A stretch of 43,467 nt of DNA from Candidatus Komeilibacteria bacterium (GTDB lineage Bacteria; Patescibacteriota; Patescibacteriia; UBA1558; GWA2-36-10): positions 1 to 43,467 of the forward strand of contig JABHYW010000035.1 of assembly GCA_018656655.1 (NCBI GenBank). The letters are read 5' to 3'. Of this stretch, positions 1-9,999 are shown one piece after another. Under the pieces are notes generated by a model. The model did not search any database and was not told the origin of the DNA. It saw only the letters and a program-made list of their open reading frames with translations. How positions within the stretch are numbered: the stretch's first letter is position 1; each line of letters starts with the position of its first letter. Position numbers and translations under genes: made by a program.

Positions 1-48
1 AAAAATAGACTTAGACCTAATATGATTAAAAGATTAAAAGTAAGCTAA
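1..48 (+). CDS. rplM: 50S ribosomal protein L13, C-terminal end (gene starts upstream of the window)
   Basis: Frame 1 is open from base 1 to TAA at 46-48 and reads KNRLRPNMIKRLKVS. This resembles the L13 C-terminus (..KNKLGR.M.KKLKVY..). It sits directly upstream of rpsI, the conserved rplM-rpsI order. Confidence 0.6.
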   Translation, partial: KNRLRPNMIKRLKVS

Positions 49-49
49 T

Positions 50-463
50 ATGGCAGTAAAGAAAGAAAATAAAGATTATATTCCAGCTGTTGGCAAAAGA
101 AAAAGAGCTATCGCTAGAATTCGTATTATCAAAGATAATGCTAAAGGTGTAAAGATTACTGTTAATGATAAAGATTATAAAGAATATCTACCTTATTTCC
201 AGTGGCAAGAATTAGTTTTAAAACCATTGAAATTAGTTGGTAGAGACAATATTACTATTTCTATTAGAGTAGCTGGCGGTGGAATCAAAGGACAAGTAGA
301 TGCTATTAAGCATGGAATTGCTAGAGCCTTACTTAAAACTGATGAAGATTTACGCGCTACTTTGAAAAAAGAAGGTTTACTAACCAGAGATGCTCGTAAA
401 AAAGAAAGAAAGAAGCCTGGCTTGAAAAAAGCCCGTCGAGCACCACAATGGTCAAAACGTTAA
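50..463 (+). CDS. rpsI: 30S ribosomal protein S9
   Basis: 137 aa. Carries the S9 signature AGGGIKGQVDAIKHGIARAL and the basic C-terminal tail ending ..RRAPQWSKR. Confidence 0.95.
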   Translation: MAVKKENKDYIPAVGKRKRAIARIRIIKDNAKGVKITVNDKDYKEYLPYFQWQELVLKPLKLVGRDNITISIRVAGGGIKGQVDAIKHGIARALLKTDEDLRATLKKEGLLTRDARKKERKKPGLKKARRAPQWSKR

Positions 464-488
464 TATCAAATATTTTTTATATAAAAAA

Positions 489-511
489 CCCCAAAAATAT
501 GGGGTTTTTTT
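489..511 (+). terminator. Intrinsic terminator after rpsI
   Basis: cccc-aaaaatat-gggg hairpin followed by a T7 run. Confidence 0.75.
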
Positions 512-548
512 GCTTTATTTACTAGGTTTTTTGTGATAAAATAGACCT

Positions 549-2006
549 ATGGTTAGTAGTCAAAAAATCACTGCAAATACCAGTTTTTTCATGATAGCCC
601 TAGTCATTCAGAAGGTGCTAGCTTTTGTTTACTTTACATTTTTAGCTCGTAGTTTAGGGGCTGAAGGTATAGGTCAATATTTTTTTGCTATATCTTTTGC
701 TTCTATGTTCTCAGTTTTGATAGATTTAGGACTAGCACCACTGCTTATTCGTGAAGTAGCTAAAGTCGAAGATGCTGAGCAAAGCCGAAGTAAGAAAGAA
801 AACGCAGATAAATGGTTTCAGCAGATTTTTACTTTAAAACTTATTTTTGCTGTAGTCACAGCAGCTATAGTATTGATATTAGATTTAGTTTTCTTTTATA
901 GTGATCCAGTTAGAAATTTAATATTTTTAACAACTGCTATTATTGTGATTGATAGTTTTACTTTGCTTTTTTATGCATTTATTAGAGGTAGGCAAAATCT
1001 TAAATTTGAATCTTGGGGTACTATTATTTTCCAGATCATAGTAATGATTATGGGTCTTAGTTTATTACGTGTTACTGATAATGTATTTATTTTATTAACA
1101 GTCCTTTTTGTAGCTAGCCTGTTCAATATGATTTACTCAGGCATTATTTTAAATAATAAATTTGCTATAAAATTAAAACTTTATTTTTCCAAAGATTTAG
1201 CTAAGCAGATAATGATGATAGCTTTACCATTTGCTTTGGCAGCTATCTTTGCTAAAGTTTACGCTTATATAGATACAGTATTAATAAAAGTTTTTTTAGG
1301 TGATGCAGAAGTCGGATTTTATAGTGTAGCTTACAAAATCACTTTCGCTCTGCAGTTTATTCCACTAGCTTTTGTAGCAGCCCTTTATCCAGCCTTCTCC
1401 AATTATTTTAAAAATGATATTGAAAAATTAAAACGTACTTTTGCTAAAGCTTTTAATTATTTAGCTTTTATTGCTTTGCCGGTTAGTTTTGGTATTATTG
1501 CTTCGGCAAATGAAATTATAAATAAATTATATACTGACGATTTTGATTCAATCTGGCCATTAAAAGTATTGATTGCTTCTATACCATTTTTGTTTATAAA
1601 TTTTTCTTTATCCAGTTTTCTGAATGCTACTGAGCGTCAAAAAATAAATACTAGGAATCTGGGAATAGTAATGGTATTTAATGTTATTTTGAATTTAATT
1701 TTTATCCCAAGGATTGGTGTTTGGGGAGCTAGTTTAGCTTCTACTTTATCTACATTGTTTTTATTTATTTTAAACCTTAATCAGGTAATGAAGGTAATTC
1801 ATATGCCTATTAGATTTTTTAGACCGCTATTAGGCTCTTTATTTTCAGCCTTTATAATGTATTGGGCGGTTGTTTATACCAAAGATATTGTAGGTTGGAT
1901 TTTATCTATTGTAGTTGGCGCTGTAGTGTATTTAATGCTAATGTTTATTACTAGAACTATCAAAAAACAAGATTTGGTTTTTATAAAAAAATCATTTAGA
2001 TTATGA
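549..2006 (+). CDS. Polysaccharide/oligosaccharide flippase (MOP/Wzx-like)
   Basis: 485 aa and strongly hydrophobic, with about 12-14 predicted TM segments and the general look of a polysaccharide-biosynthesis Wzx protein. It heads a glycosyltransferase cluster and overlaps the next gene by 4 nt. Confidence 0.75.
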   Translation: MVSSQKITANTSFFMIALVIQKVLAFVYFTFLARSLGAEGIGQYFFAISFASMFSVLIDLGLAPLLIREVAKVEDAEQSRSKKENADKWFQQIFTLKLIFAVVTAAIVLILDLVFFYSDPVRNLIFLTTAIIVIDSFTLLFYAFIRGRQNLKFESWGTIIFQIIVMIMGLSLLRVTDNVFILLTVLFVASLFNMIYSGIILNNKFAIKLKLYFSKDLAKQIMMIALPFALAAIFAKVYAYIDTVLIKVFLGDAEVGFYSVAYKITFALQFIPLAFVAALYPAFSNYFKNDIEKLKRTFAKAFNYLAFIALPVSFGIIASANEIINKLYTDDFDSIWPLKVLIASIPFLFINFSLSSFLNATERQKINTRNLGIVMVFNVILNLIFIPRIGVWGASLASTLSTLFLFILNLNQVMKVIHMPIRFFRPLLGSLFSAFIMYWAVVYTKDIVGWILSIVVGAVVYLMLMFITRTIKKQDLVFIKKSFRL

Positions 2007-3088
2007 AAAAGACCTTGGTTTTAACACATGAATATTATCCGTTTAGAGGTGGAGTAGCTCGTTACTGCCATAATCTTTTTAAGTTTTTTAATAATAGTGA
2101 ATATTTAGTTATTACTGATAATAAAAAAGTAGAAACTAAAGATAATGTTATTAATATTAAATTAACTTATTCTTGGTTTAAACCTTCTTGGTTGCTAAGT
2201 TATTTTAAATTAAAAAAAATAATCAAAAAACATAATATAGAACAAATTTTTACGCCAAATATTTTGCCATTAGGAAGCTTAGCCTATTATTTGAAAATTC
2301 CTTATGTTATTTCTTTGCACGGCTTAGATATTAATTTAGCTCTTAAAAACAAACCAGGTCTGGCTAGAAAGATTTTAGAGAATGCCAAGGCTATAATAGT
2401 GAATACAAAAAATACTGCTGAGATTATTAAGCCACTTAAACTTGATAATTCAAAAATACATCTTATATATCCAGGTTTAGATTTTGATACTAATTATGAC
2501 GAAAGTAAATTAGAGGCTTTTCGTAAAAAATTAGAAATTGGTGATAATAAAATAATAATGACTTTAGCTCGTCTTAATAAACGCAAAGGTCAAGATTTAG
2601 TTATTGAAGCTGTAGCTCAAATAAAAAATGATTATAAATTAAAATATTTTATTGTTGGTAGTGGCGAAGAGAAAAAACATTTAGAATTTTTGATAGCTAA
2701 ACATAAGTTATCAGACAATGTATTTATTTTTGATAATATAGATGATGAAGAGTTAATTTATTTTTTTAAGTTAGCAGATATTTTCGCTATGCCTCATAAA
2801 CAATTAGGTAGCGATGTTGAAGGTTTTGGCATGGTCTTTTTAGAAGCAGCTTCCTGCAGGCTGCCAATTATCGCTGGTGATAGCGGAGGAGTTAAAGAGG
2901 TATTTAATAGATCAGAACAGGCAATTTTAGTCCCTAGTGATGATTTAAGAGCTTTAGTGGTCTCTATTAAACACTTATTGAATAATCCGCAAGAAGCTGA
3001 TAAACTAGCAGACGCTGCTTATAAACGAGCTGGGCAATTTAAAGGGGCTCAGCAACAGTCATTAATATTAAAAGGAATTTTAAAATAG
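2003..3088 (+). CDS. Glycosyltransferase family 4 (retaining, GT-B fold)
   Basis: Has the EX7E-type motif EGFGMVFLEAASCRLPIIAGDSGG and a KRKGQDL segment typical of GT4. Confidence 0.85.
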   Translation: MKKTLVLTHEYYPFRGGVARYCHNLFKFFNNSEYLVITDNKKVETKDNVINIKLTYSWFKPSWLLSYFKLKKIIKKHNIEQIFTPNILPLGSLAYYLKIPYVISLHGLDINLALKNKPGLARKILENAKAIIVNTKNTAEIIKPLKLDNSKIHLIYPGLDFDTNYDESKLEAFRKKLEIGDNKIIMTLARLNKRKGQDLVIEAVAQIKNDYKLKYFIVGSGEEKKHLEFLIAKHKLSDNVFIFDNIDDEELIYFFKLADIFAMPHKQLGSDVEGFGMVFLEAASCRLPIIAGDSGGVKEVFNRSEQAILVPSDDLRALVVSIKHLLNNPQEADKLADAAYKRAGQFKGAQQQSLILKGILK

Positions 3089-3089
3089 T

Positions 3090-4259
3090 ATGAAAAAATT
3101 TGATGTTATAATGCTTAATATGTCTAATTATTCTGAATGGGGTGAAGGTGTCTCCAATCGTAATTATCATATTTTGCGTGAGCTTTTAAATAGAGAAGAA
3201 ATTGGAAAAATTTTAGCTGTTGATTATTTGCCGCTTAGTTTTAAAAGAGCTTTACGAACTTATAAAGAGGATTTAGTTTTGAATATTGATGATGCTAAAA
3301 TAGTAAAGAGAGGATTGACTCATAAGGTTTCTAAAATTTCTGATAAACTTTATGTCTATACGGATATAGATTTTTGGCTTAGACCAAAAAATACTATGAA
3401 GCGTATTAAAAAAACTGCCATAGATTTAGGCTTTGGTGATTTTGTATTATGGTCCTATTATCCTTTTGCCGCTCCTTATTGGGATAAGATGGGGCAGAAA
3501 ATGACTATTTTTGATGCAGTGGATAATTGGTTGTTACATTCTTCTTATGATAAACATACGGATAAATTAAAGGCTGCTTATGACAAAATAAAGAATGAAA
3601 CGGATTTAATTTTTGTAGTTTCTAAAAATCTAACTAATTTTTTTGATGATCAGCCAAATGTGTATTGGGTACCTAATGGCGTAGATATTAAACATTATAA
3701 TAAAAAGTTTGCTTTAATTAATAGAGATATTTCAGATATTGCCAAACCAATTATCGGTTATATTGGTGTAGTACAGAAAAAGGTGGATTTTGAACTATTA
3801 AAATATTTAGCAGATAAGAATCTTGATAAATCTATTGTAATTGTTGGTCCAGTTTGGGCAGAACAGGAAAAAGCTAAAGAAGCCTTGGTAGAAAAGAAAA
3901 ATGTGTATTTTTTAGGCTATAAAAAATATAGTGAAGCTCCTCAATATATTCAGCAATTTGACGTTGGAATAATTCCACATAAGACAGCTGGATTTAGTGC
4001 TACAACTAATCCAATGAAAATGTATGAATATTTAGCTTGTGGTAAACCAGTGGTAGCTACCAATAATATTGGCACAGAAAATGTTGAGGATATGATTTCA
4101 GTAGCTAAAGATTATGAAAGTTTTAATAAATTAGTAAACGATGCTATTTTAAGTGATAGCGATGAGCATAGAGCCAGTCGAAAAGATTTTGTTAAAAAGT
4201 TTTCTTGGTTTAATACAGTATCTAAGATGATTGATTTAACTAAAAATAAATTTAATTAG
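3090..4259 (+). CDS. Glycosyltransferase, GT-B fold (GT1/GT4-like)
   Basis: C-terminal donor-binding-like region NPMKMYEYLACGKPVVAT. Located inside the glycan cluster. Confidence 0.7.
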   Translation: MKKFDVIMLNMSNYSEWGEGVSNRNYHILRELLNREEIGKILAVDYLPLSFKRALRTYKEDLVLNIDDAKIVKRGLTHKVSKISDKLYVYTDIDFWLRPKNTMKRIKKTAIDLGFGDFVLWSYYPFAAPYWDKMGQKMTIFDAVDNWLLHSSYDKHTDKLKAAYDKIKNETDLIFVVSKNLTNFFDDQPNVYWVPNGVDIKHYNKKFALINRDISDIAKPIIGYIGVVQKKVDFELLKYLADKNLDKSIVIVGPVWAEQEKAKEALVEKKNVYFLGYKKYSEAPQYIQQFDVGIIPHKTAGFSATTNPMKMYEYLACGKPVVATNNIGTENVEDMISVAKDYESFNKLVNDAILSDSDEHRASRKDFVKKFSWFNTVSKMIDLTKNKFN

Positions 4260-4260
4260 T

Positions 4261-5127
4261 ATGAAGCCAGATATTTCCATTATTATTGTTAATTGGAAAG
4301 TTAAAGATCTTTTAGAGAAATCTTTAAGCTCCATTTTTGCTTATCAGAAAGATTATCAAGTAGAAGTATTGGTAGTAGATAATAATAGTCAGGATGGTAG
4401 TGTGGCTATGATTAAGGAAAAATTTCCCCAAGTGATTCTAATATCCCTGTCTGATAATATTGGTTTTGGAGCTGCTAATAATCTAGCGATAAAAGAAGCT
4501 CAGGCGGAGTATATATTTTTATTAAATCCAGATACTGAAATAACAGAAGATTTTTTAGATAGAGCGCTTACTTATTTAAAAAATAATCCAAGCGTAGGTA
4601 TTATGGCACCTAGGATTATAAATAGCGATGGTAGTAAACAATTGTCTATTAGGCGTCATCCAGATTTGTTATCTCAGGTTTTAATAATGTTTAAGTTAAA
4701 AAATATTTTAGTTAATAATAAAATTCTTAATAATTATTTGCTAAAAGATTTTGACTATAATAAAGAGCAAACAGTCGATCAGATAATGGGCGCAGCGATG
4801 TTAATCCGTAAATCTGTCTTTGAAAAGATAGGTACTTTTGATGAAAAGTTTTTTGTCTGGTTTGAAGAAGTTGATTTATGTAAGAGAGCTGGTCAGGCTT
4901 CTATAATTATAAAATACTTTCCCAGTGCTGAAATTGTTCACCAAGGTGGAGAAAGTTTTTCTAAAAGTAATAGTTTGAAGAAACAAATAATTTTTAATAA
5001 AAGTTTATTGTACTATTTTTCAAAACATAAGCCTATTTGGCAAAGTTTAATAATTTTATTACTAATTCCAATTAATATAATTCTGACATTAATTTATGTC
5101 ATATTTTTCAAAAGAAAAACAAAATAA
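4261..5127 (+). CDS. Glycosyltransferase family 2
   Basis: GT2 motifs ISIIIVNW, VVDNNSQDGS, NIGFGAANN, LLNPD and FFVWFEEVDLC. Confidence 0.85.
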   Translation: MKPDISIIIVNWKVKDLLEKSLSSIFAYQKDYQVEVLVVDNNSQDGSVAMIKEKFPQVILISLSDNIGFGAANNLAIKEAQAEYIFLLNPDTEITEDFLDRALTYLKNNPSVGIMAPRIINSDGSKQLSIRRHPDLLSQVLIMFKLKNILVNNKILNNYLLKDFDYNKEQTVDQIMGAAMLIRKSVFEKIGTFDEKFFVWFEEVDLCKRAGQASIIIKYFPSAEIVHQGGESFSKSNSLKKQIIFNKSLLYYFSKHKPIWQSLIILLLIPINIILTLIYVIFFKRKTK

Positions 5128-6544
5128 CTTTTTTATCAAGTGGCTAGGAATTTTTATAATTTTAGAATTACTATCTGGCTTAGCTTGGCGTTTTAATAAT
5201 CTTAATTGGATTATTTTATTAATAATTGCTTTGCTTACAATATTTTTTCTTTTCAAAAAACCAATATACGCTCTTTATATACCTTTAGCTGAAATTTTTT
5301 GGGGTTCATTAGGACATAGTTTTGATTATAATGTTATTAGCACTAGATTATTAATATTTGTATTAGTTCTTCTAATTTTTGTAATTAAAAACATAGGGCA
5401 ATTAAAAAAAATACAGATTTTAAAAGATAAGGCCTTACTTAGGCTTTATTTATTTTTATTATTTTTTATACTAGTCACAGCTATAGCTGGTTATTATAAT
5501 AGCTATGATCTTAGAAAAGTATTTTTTGATGCTAATGCTTATATTTATCTTTTATATTTGCCTGTCTGGTATCAAGTTTATGATAAAAAGTATTTGGGAA
5601 ATATATTCAATATGCTAAAAGCAGCAGCTTTAATAATAACAATTAAAACTTTAATATTACTTAATATTTTTTCGCAGGATTATAAATTTTTAGATATTGA
5701 TAGTATTTATAAATGGGTTAGGGATACTAGGACAGGAGAAATAACACCTTTTAAGGATTCTTTTTTTAGAATTTTTATGCAATCCCAATTTTATTTAATC
5801 TTGGCCTGGTTTTGGTTATTTTTAAAACAAATGAAAGATTTTAAGAATAGGAATAGCTTTATATTATTAGCTATTATTTCAGCAGCTCTACTAGTTTCTT
5901 TGTCTCGTAGTTTTTGGTTAGGAATATTTGTTGGTTTATTATTTGTGGTAGTAAATATTTTTATTTATCAAAAAAAACGCATTTCATTCTATATATTTTT
6001 ATCTCTAGCAACTGTAGGAATAGCTGGTATTCTATTAGTACAAGTTTTTTATAATTTACCTATTTATAAAAACATAAATATTTTTACACAACGGACAACT
6101 AGCGTGACTGAGCCAGCTGCTAATACTCGTAGTCAATTGTGGAGTCCAATGTGGCAAGTAATTAAAGAGAGGCCAGTAATTGGGCACGGCTTTGGTAAGC
6201 AAATCACTTACCAATCTTCAGATCCTCGTATTAAGAATATAGATAATCCTGAAGGCTGGACCACTACTTATGCCTTTGAATGGGGCTGGATGGATCAATT
6301 AGTTAAAGGAGGTACAATATTGGTATTATTGTTTGTTATTTGGCTAATACAACTCTATTATCGAGCTTACCTTAAAATGGCGATTAACCCCGTACTTAGC
6401 TTAGCATTAACAGCAACATTGACTAGTTTGTTAATTATTCATATATTTACACCATACATCAATCATCCTCTAGGTTTATCCTTTTTGATGTTAATTAGTA
6501 TAATTTTTGGACCTTATGCAAAAAAAGACAAGAGTTACTATTAG
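5096..6544 (+). CDS. O-antigen ligase / Wzy-like polymerase family membrane protein
   Basis: 482 aa, multi-TM. Contains an SLSRSFWLG motif resembling the Wzy_C/O-antigen-ligase core and a large loop near residues 330-400. Confidence 0.6.
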   Translation: MSYFSKEKQNNFFIKWLGIFIILELLSGLAWRFNNLNWIILLIIALLTIFFLFKKPIYALYIPLAEIFWGSLGHSFDYNVISTRLLIFVLVLLIFVIKNIGQLKKIQILKDKALLRLYLFLLFFILVTAIAGYYNSYDLRKVFFDANAYIYLLYLPVWYQVYDKKYLGNIFNMLKAAALIITIKTLILLNIFSQDYKFLDIDSIYKWVRDTRTGEITPFKDSFFRIFMQSQFYLILAWFWLFLKQMKDFKNRNSFILLAIISAALLVSLSRSFWLGIFVGLLFVVVNIFIYQKKRISFYIFLSLATVGIAGILLVQVFYNLPIYKNINIFTQRTTSVTEPAANTRSQLWSPMWQVIKERPVIGHGFGKQITYQSSDPRIKNIDNPEGWTTTYAFEWGWMDQLVKGGTILVLLFVIWLIQLYYRAYLKMAINPVLSLALTATLTSLLIIHIFTPYINHPLGLSFLMLISIIFGPYAKKDKSYY

Positions 6545-7514
6545 TTTACTTACTTGGAATGGCCAAAAATATTTACCTTGGCTAATGAAGAGTTTATCTG
6601 AACAATCTTTTGTAGATTGGGAACTTTTGGTTCTTGATAATGCCTCAAGTGATAATTCAGTTGATATAATTAAAGAATATTATCCTAAAGCTAGGATTAT
6701 AAAGCAAAAACAAAATATTGGTTTTGCTAAAGGAAATAATTTATTAATCAATTGGTCTAGTTCAGATTATATTTTAGTATTAAACCAAGATTTAATATTA
6801 GAGCCAAATTATATTAGAGATTTGGTAGATTTTTTGGATAAAAATTCTAAGGTAGCTTCTTGCAGTGGGAAATTAATGTATTGGGATTTTGATAAAGGTC
6901 TTAAAACTAAAACTATAGATTCTTATGGTTTTAAAATAGATAAGAAAAGAGAAGTAATAAATAGATATCAAGGTAAAGCAGAAATTAAAATTGAGAATGA
7001 AGAAGTATTTGGTTTATCAGCTACAGCGACTTTATATAGACGTAAAGCTTTAGACATTGTAGCTGGCGCGGCCAATGGAAATCATTTGCAATATTTTGAT
7101 GAAGATTTTTTTGCTTATAAAGAGGATATTGATTTAGCCTGGCGTTTGAGATTATTTGGATGGGAAAATTGGTTAATAAGCACTAGCAAAGCTTATCACC
7201 ATCGTAGTATATCAAAAAATAAAAATCTAAAAGTAGATCGTCAAAGCAGAGGATTGGCAAACAAATTTTCTTATCGTAATCATTTGATGATGATTTACAA
7301 AAATTCTTTTTATAAAAATCTGTTTAAAGACTTTCTGGCTATAAAGTGGTATGAATTTAAGAAACTTATTTACTTATTACTTTTTGAAAGAAGTACTCTA
7401 GTAGGTATTAAAGAATATTTTGCAAATATTCCAAGTTTAAGTAAAAAAAGAAAGTATATTATGAAATATAGAAAAGTTCAGGCTGATGATATATATAAAT
7501 GGTTTGAAAAATAA
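6507..7514 (+). CDS. Glycosyltransferase family 2
   Basis: GT2 motifs ISLLTWNG, VLDNASSDNS, NIGFAKGNN, LNQD and FFAYKEDIDLAWR. An alternative ATG at 6516 is possible. Confidence 0.8.
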   Translation: MDLMQKKTRVTISLLTWNGQKYLPWLMKSLSEQSFVDWELLVLDNASSDNSVDIIKEYYPKARIIKQKQNIGFAKGNNLLINWSSSDYILVLNQDLILEPNYIRDLVDFLDKNSKVASCSGKLMYWDFDKGLKTKTIDSYGFKIDKKREVINRYQGKAEIKIENEEVFGLSATATLYRRKALDIVAGAANGNHLQYFDEDFFAYKEDIDLAWRLRLFGWENWLISTSKAYHHRSISKNKNLKVDRQSRGLANKFSYRNHLMMIYKNSFYKNLFKDFLAIKWYEFKKLIYLLLFERSTLVGIKEYFANIPSLSKKRKYIMKYRKVQADDIYKWFEK

Positions 7515-7515
7515 T

Positions 7516-8322
7516 ATGGATTTATCAATAGTAATTTTAAATTATAAAAATAAAAATTTAGCCAAAGAACTTTTAAAAAATTTGGTAGAATTAAATTTAC
7601 CTTATCAACATGAAATTATTGTAGTTGATAATGCATCCTATGATGGCATTAAAGAAATTGTGGAAGAAAAATTTCCGCAAGTTAAATTTATCCAGAGTCA
7701 TAAGAATGGTGGTTTTGCCTATGGAAATAATCTTGGAATAAAACAAGCCCAAGGTAAATATATTATGATAATGAATCCAGATTTAGCTATTTTATCAGAT
7801 GCTATAGATATACTTTATAAATATATGGAAGATAATATAGATGTAGCTTTGGCTGGACCAAGGTTAATTAATGCTGATAAAAGTGTACAGTCATCTTGTA
7901 CTACCTTACCAGATTGGAGATTGCCAATGTATAGACGCACATCTTTGGGTGATACTAAGGCTGGCCGTAGGTGGTTAGATAAATATTTAATGAAAAATTT
8001 AGATCATTACAAAAATAATTATGTACCAGCTTTATTTGGAGCATGTTTAATCTTTCGTAGTGATGCCTTGGATAAAGTAGGTTTATTAGATGAAAGATAT
8101 TTTATGTATTTAGAAGATTTAGATTGGTCTCGTCGTTTTTGGCAAAATGGCTATAAAGTGGCCTATGTTGGTAAAGCTGAGATTATTCACCTACATCGTC
8201 GTCAATCAGCCGCTCAAGGCCTAATAAAAACCTTATTTTCTAAGACTGCTCGTAATCATATCATTAGTTTTGTTAAGTATTTATTAAAATTTAAAGGTCA
8301 GAAATTACCTAGAATTTCTTAA
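7516..8322 (+). CDS. Glycosyltransferase family 2
   Basis: GT2 motifs LSIVILNYKN, VVDNASYDG, NGGFAYGNN, MNPD and YFMYLEDLDWSRR. I moved the start from 7486 to the in-frame ATG at 7516, immediately after the upstream stop. Confidence 0.85.
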   Translation: MDLSIVILNYKNKNLAKELLKNLVELNLPYQHEIIVVDNASYDGIKEIVEEKFPQVKFIQSHKNGGFAYGNNLGIKQAQGKYIMIMNPDLAILSDAIDILYKYMEDNIDVALAGPRLINADKSVQSSCTTLPDWRLPMYRRTSLGDTKAGRRWLDKYLMKNLDHYKNNYVPALFGACLIFRSDALDKVGLLDERYFMYLEDLDWSRRFWQNGYKVAYVGKAEIIHLHRRQSAAQGLIKTLFSKTARNHIISFVKYLLKFKGQKLPRIS

Positions 8323-8330
8323 TTTTTACC

Positions 8331-8359
8331 TTGATTTATAAGCTAATTTCTTGTATTAT
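8331..8359 (+). promoter_or_regulatory. Candidate sigma70-type promoter for lysS
   Basis: TTGATT, 17 nt spacer, TATTAT. The ATG lies 27 nt downstream of the -10 element. Confidence 0.4.
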
Positions 8360-8385
8360 TTATTATATAAGAAATTTTTAAATTT

Positions 8386-9999
8386 ATGGTAAAAAATCAA
8401 CTCCGCAAAGCGGGACAAAGGCAAAAAGAGACTAATCGAGCTCAGCTTGATGGTATCAATGATGAATATCAGCAAAGATTAGTCAAAAGAGCTACTATAA
8501 AAGAACTGGGCATAAATTTACATCCAGAGAATTTTTTAGAGCGTATTAGTAGTAATGAAGCTAAACTTAAAGGTAAAAAAGATAAATTACGATCTGGTGA
8601 GGATGTTATGTCTTCTGTTAAAAGTAATGTGCGTTTAGCCGGAAGAGTGATGACTTTTAGATCTCATGGTAAATTATCCTTCGCTCAATTGCAGGATTTT
8701 GAAGGTCGTTTTCAATTAGCTTTTGTTAAAGGTGTGACCAGTGTTGCTTCTTTAGATGAAAGCAAAATGCCTTATCATAAATTTTGGGAAAAAATGCTTG
8801 ATCTAGGTGATTACATTGGTGTAGATGGGGAACTTTTTACTACTAAGCATGGAGAATTAACTTTGTTAGTAAAAGAAATCACTTTTTTAGGAAAAGCTCT
8901 TCGTCCAATGCCAGAAAAATTTCATGGTTTAGCTGATGAAGATCAGATTTTGCGTCATAGATATTTAGATACTTTAACAAATGAAGAAAGTCGAAAGAGA
9001 TTTAAATTTAGATCAGATGTTATAAAAACTGTGCGAGAATTTTTTTGGGCAAACAAATTTGATGAAGTAGAGACCCCGGTTTTAGAACATAAGGCTACTG
9101 GAGCAGCTGCTAAGCCATATTTTACTCATAGCAATGCTCTTGATTTAGATTTGGTATTACGTATTTCACAAGAGTTGCCACATAAGAAAATAATTACTGG
9201 TGGTTTTGAGCGTATTTTTGAAATCGGTAAAGCTTTTCGTAACGAGGGTATAGATCCATCGCACTTACCAGAGCACACTCATTTTGAATGGTATGCAGCA
9301 TATTGGGGTTATGAACAGAACATGGATTTTACTGAAAAGCTTATAAAGAATATTTTGGAAAAATTAAAAATTGACCCAGTTTTATCTTTAAAAAATAAAG
9401 AAGGTAAAATTAAAAAAGTTGATTTTAGTAAAAAATGGGAAAGAATTGATTATGTTCAACTTATTAAAAAAGATTCAGATATAGATATATTAGCAGTTAA
9501 AGATGTTGATGAATTAAGAAAACTAATCAAAAAAAATAAAATAGATATTCCAGATATGAATAACATGGGCTATGCTACCTTAGTTGATTATCTTTATAAA
9601 AAAGTAAGTCGACCAAAAATAATTGGTCCTGCATTTTTATATAATTATCCTAAAGCTTTACAACCATTAGCTAGACCAAATGATAAAAACCCAGAGATGG
9701 TTAATCAATTTCAGTTATTAATAAATGGTTGGGAAATAGTTAAAGGATATTCTGAGTTAGTTGATCCAGTTGATCAAGCAGAAAGATTTAAAGAGCAAGC
9801 AAAACAAAAAGCTAGTGGCGATGAAGAAGCTATGGAGGGTGATGATGAATATATTTTTGCTATGGAACATGGAATGCCTCCAATTTCAGGTGTAGGTTTT
9901 GGCTTGGATAGGTTTATTACTATTTTATCAAAACAAGATAGTTTGCGTGATTGTGTATTTTTTCCATTAATGAGGCCAAAAAAGAAAAATGAAAATTAA
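8386..9999 (+). CDS. lysS: Lysyl-tRNA synthetase, class II
   Basis: Class II motifs ERIFEIGKAFRNEGID (motif 2) and GVGFGLDRFI (motif 3), plus an OB anticodon-binding N-terminal domain. Confidence 0.95.
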   Translation: MVKNQLRKAGQRQKETNRAQLDGINDEYQQRLVKRATIKELGINLHPENFLERISSNEAKLKGKKDKLRSGEDVMSSVKSNVRLAGRVMTFRSHGKLSFAQLQDFEGRFQLAFVKGVTSVASLDESKMPYHKFWEKMLDLGDYIGVDGELFTTKHGELTLLVKEITFLGKALRPMPEKFHGLADEDQILRHRYLDTLTNEESRKRFKFRSDVIKTVREFFWANKFDEVETPVLEHKATGAAAKPYFTHSNALDLDLVLRISQELPHKKIITGGFERIFEIGKAFRNEGIDPSHLPEHTHFEWYAAYWGYEQNMDFTEKLIKNILEKLKIDPVLSLKNKEGKIKKVDFSKKWERIDYVQLIKKDSDIDILAVKDVDELRKLIKKNKIDIPDMNNMGYATLVDYLYKKVSRPKIIGPAFLYNYPKALQPLARPNDKNPEMVNQFQLLINGWEIVKGYSELVDPVDQAERFKEQAKQKASGDEEAMEGDDEYIFAMEHGMPPISGVGFGLDRFITILSKQDSLRDCVFFPLMRPKKKNEN

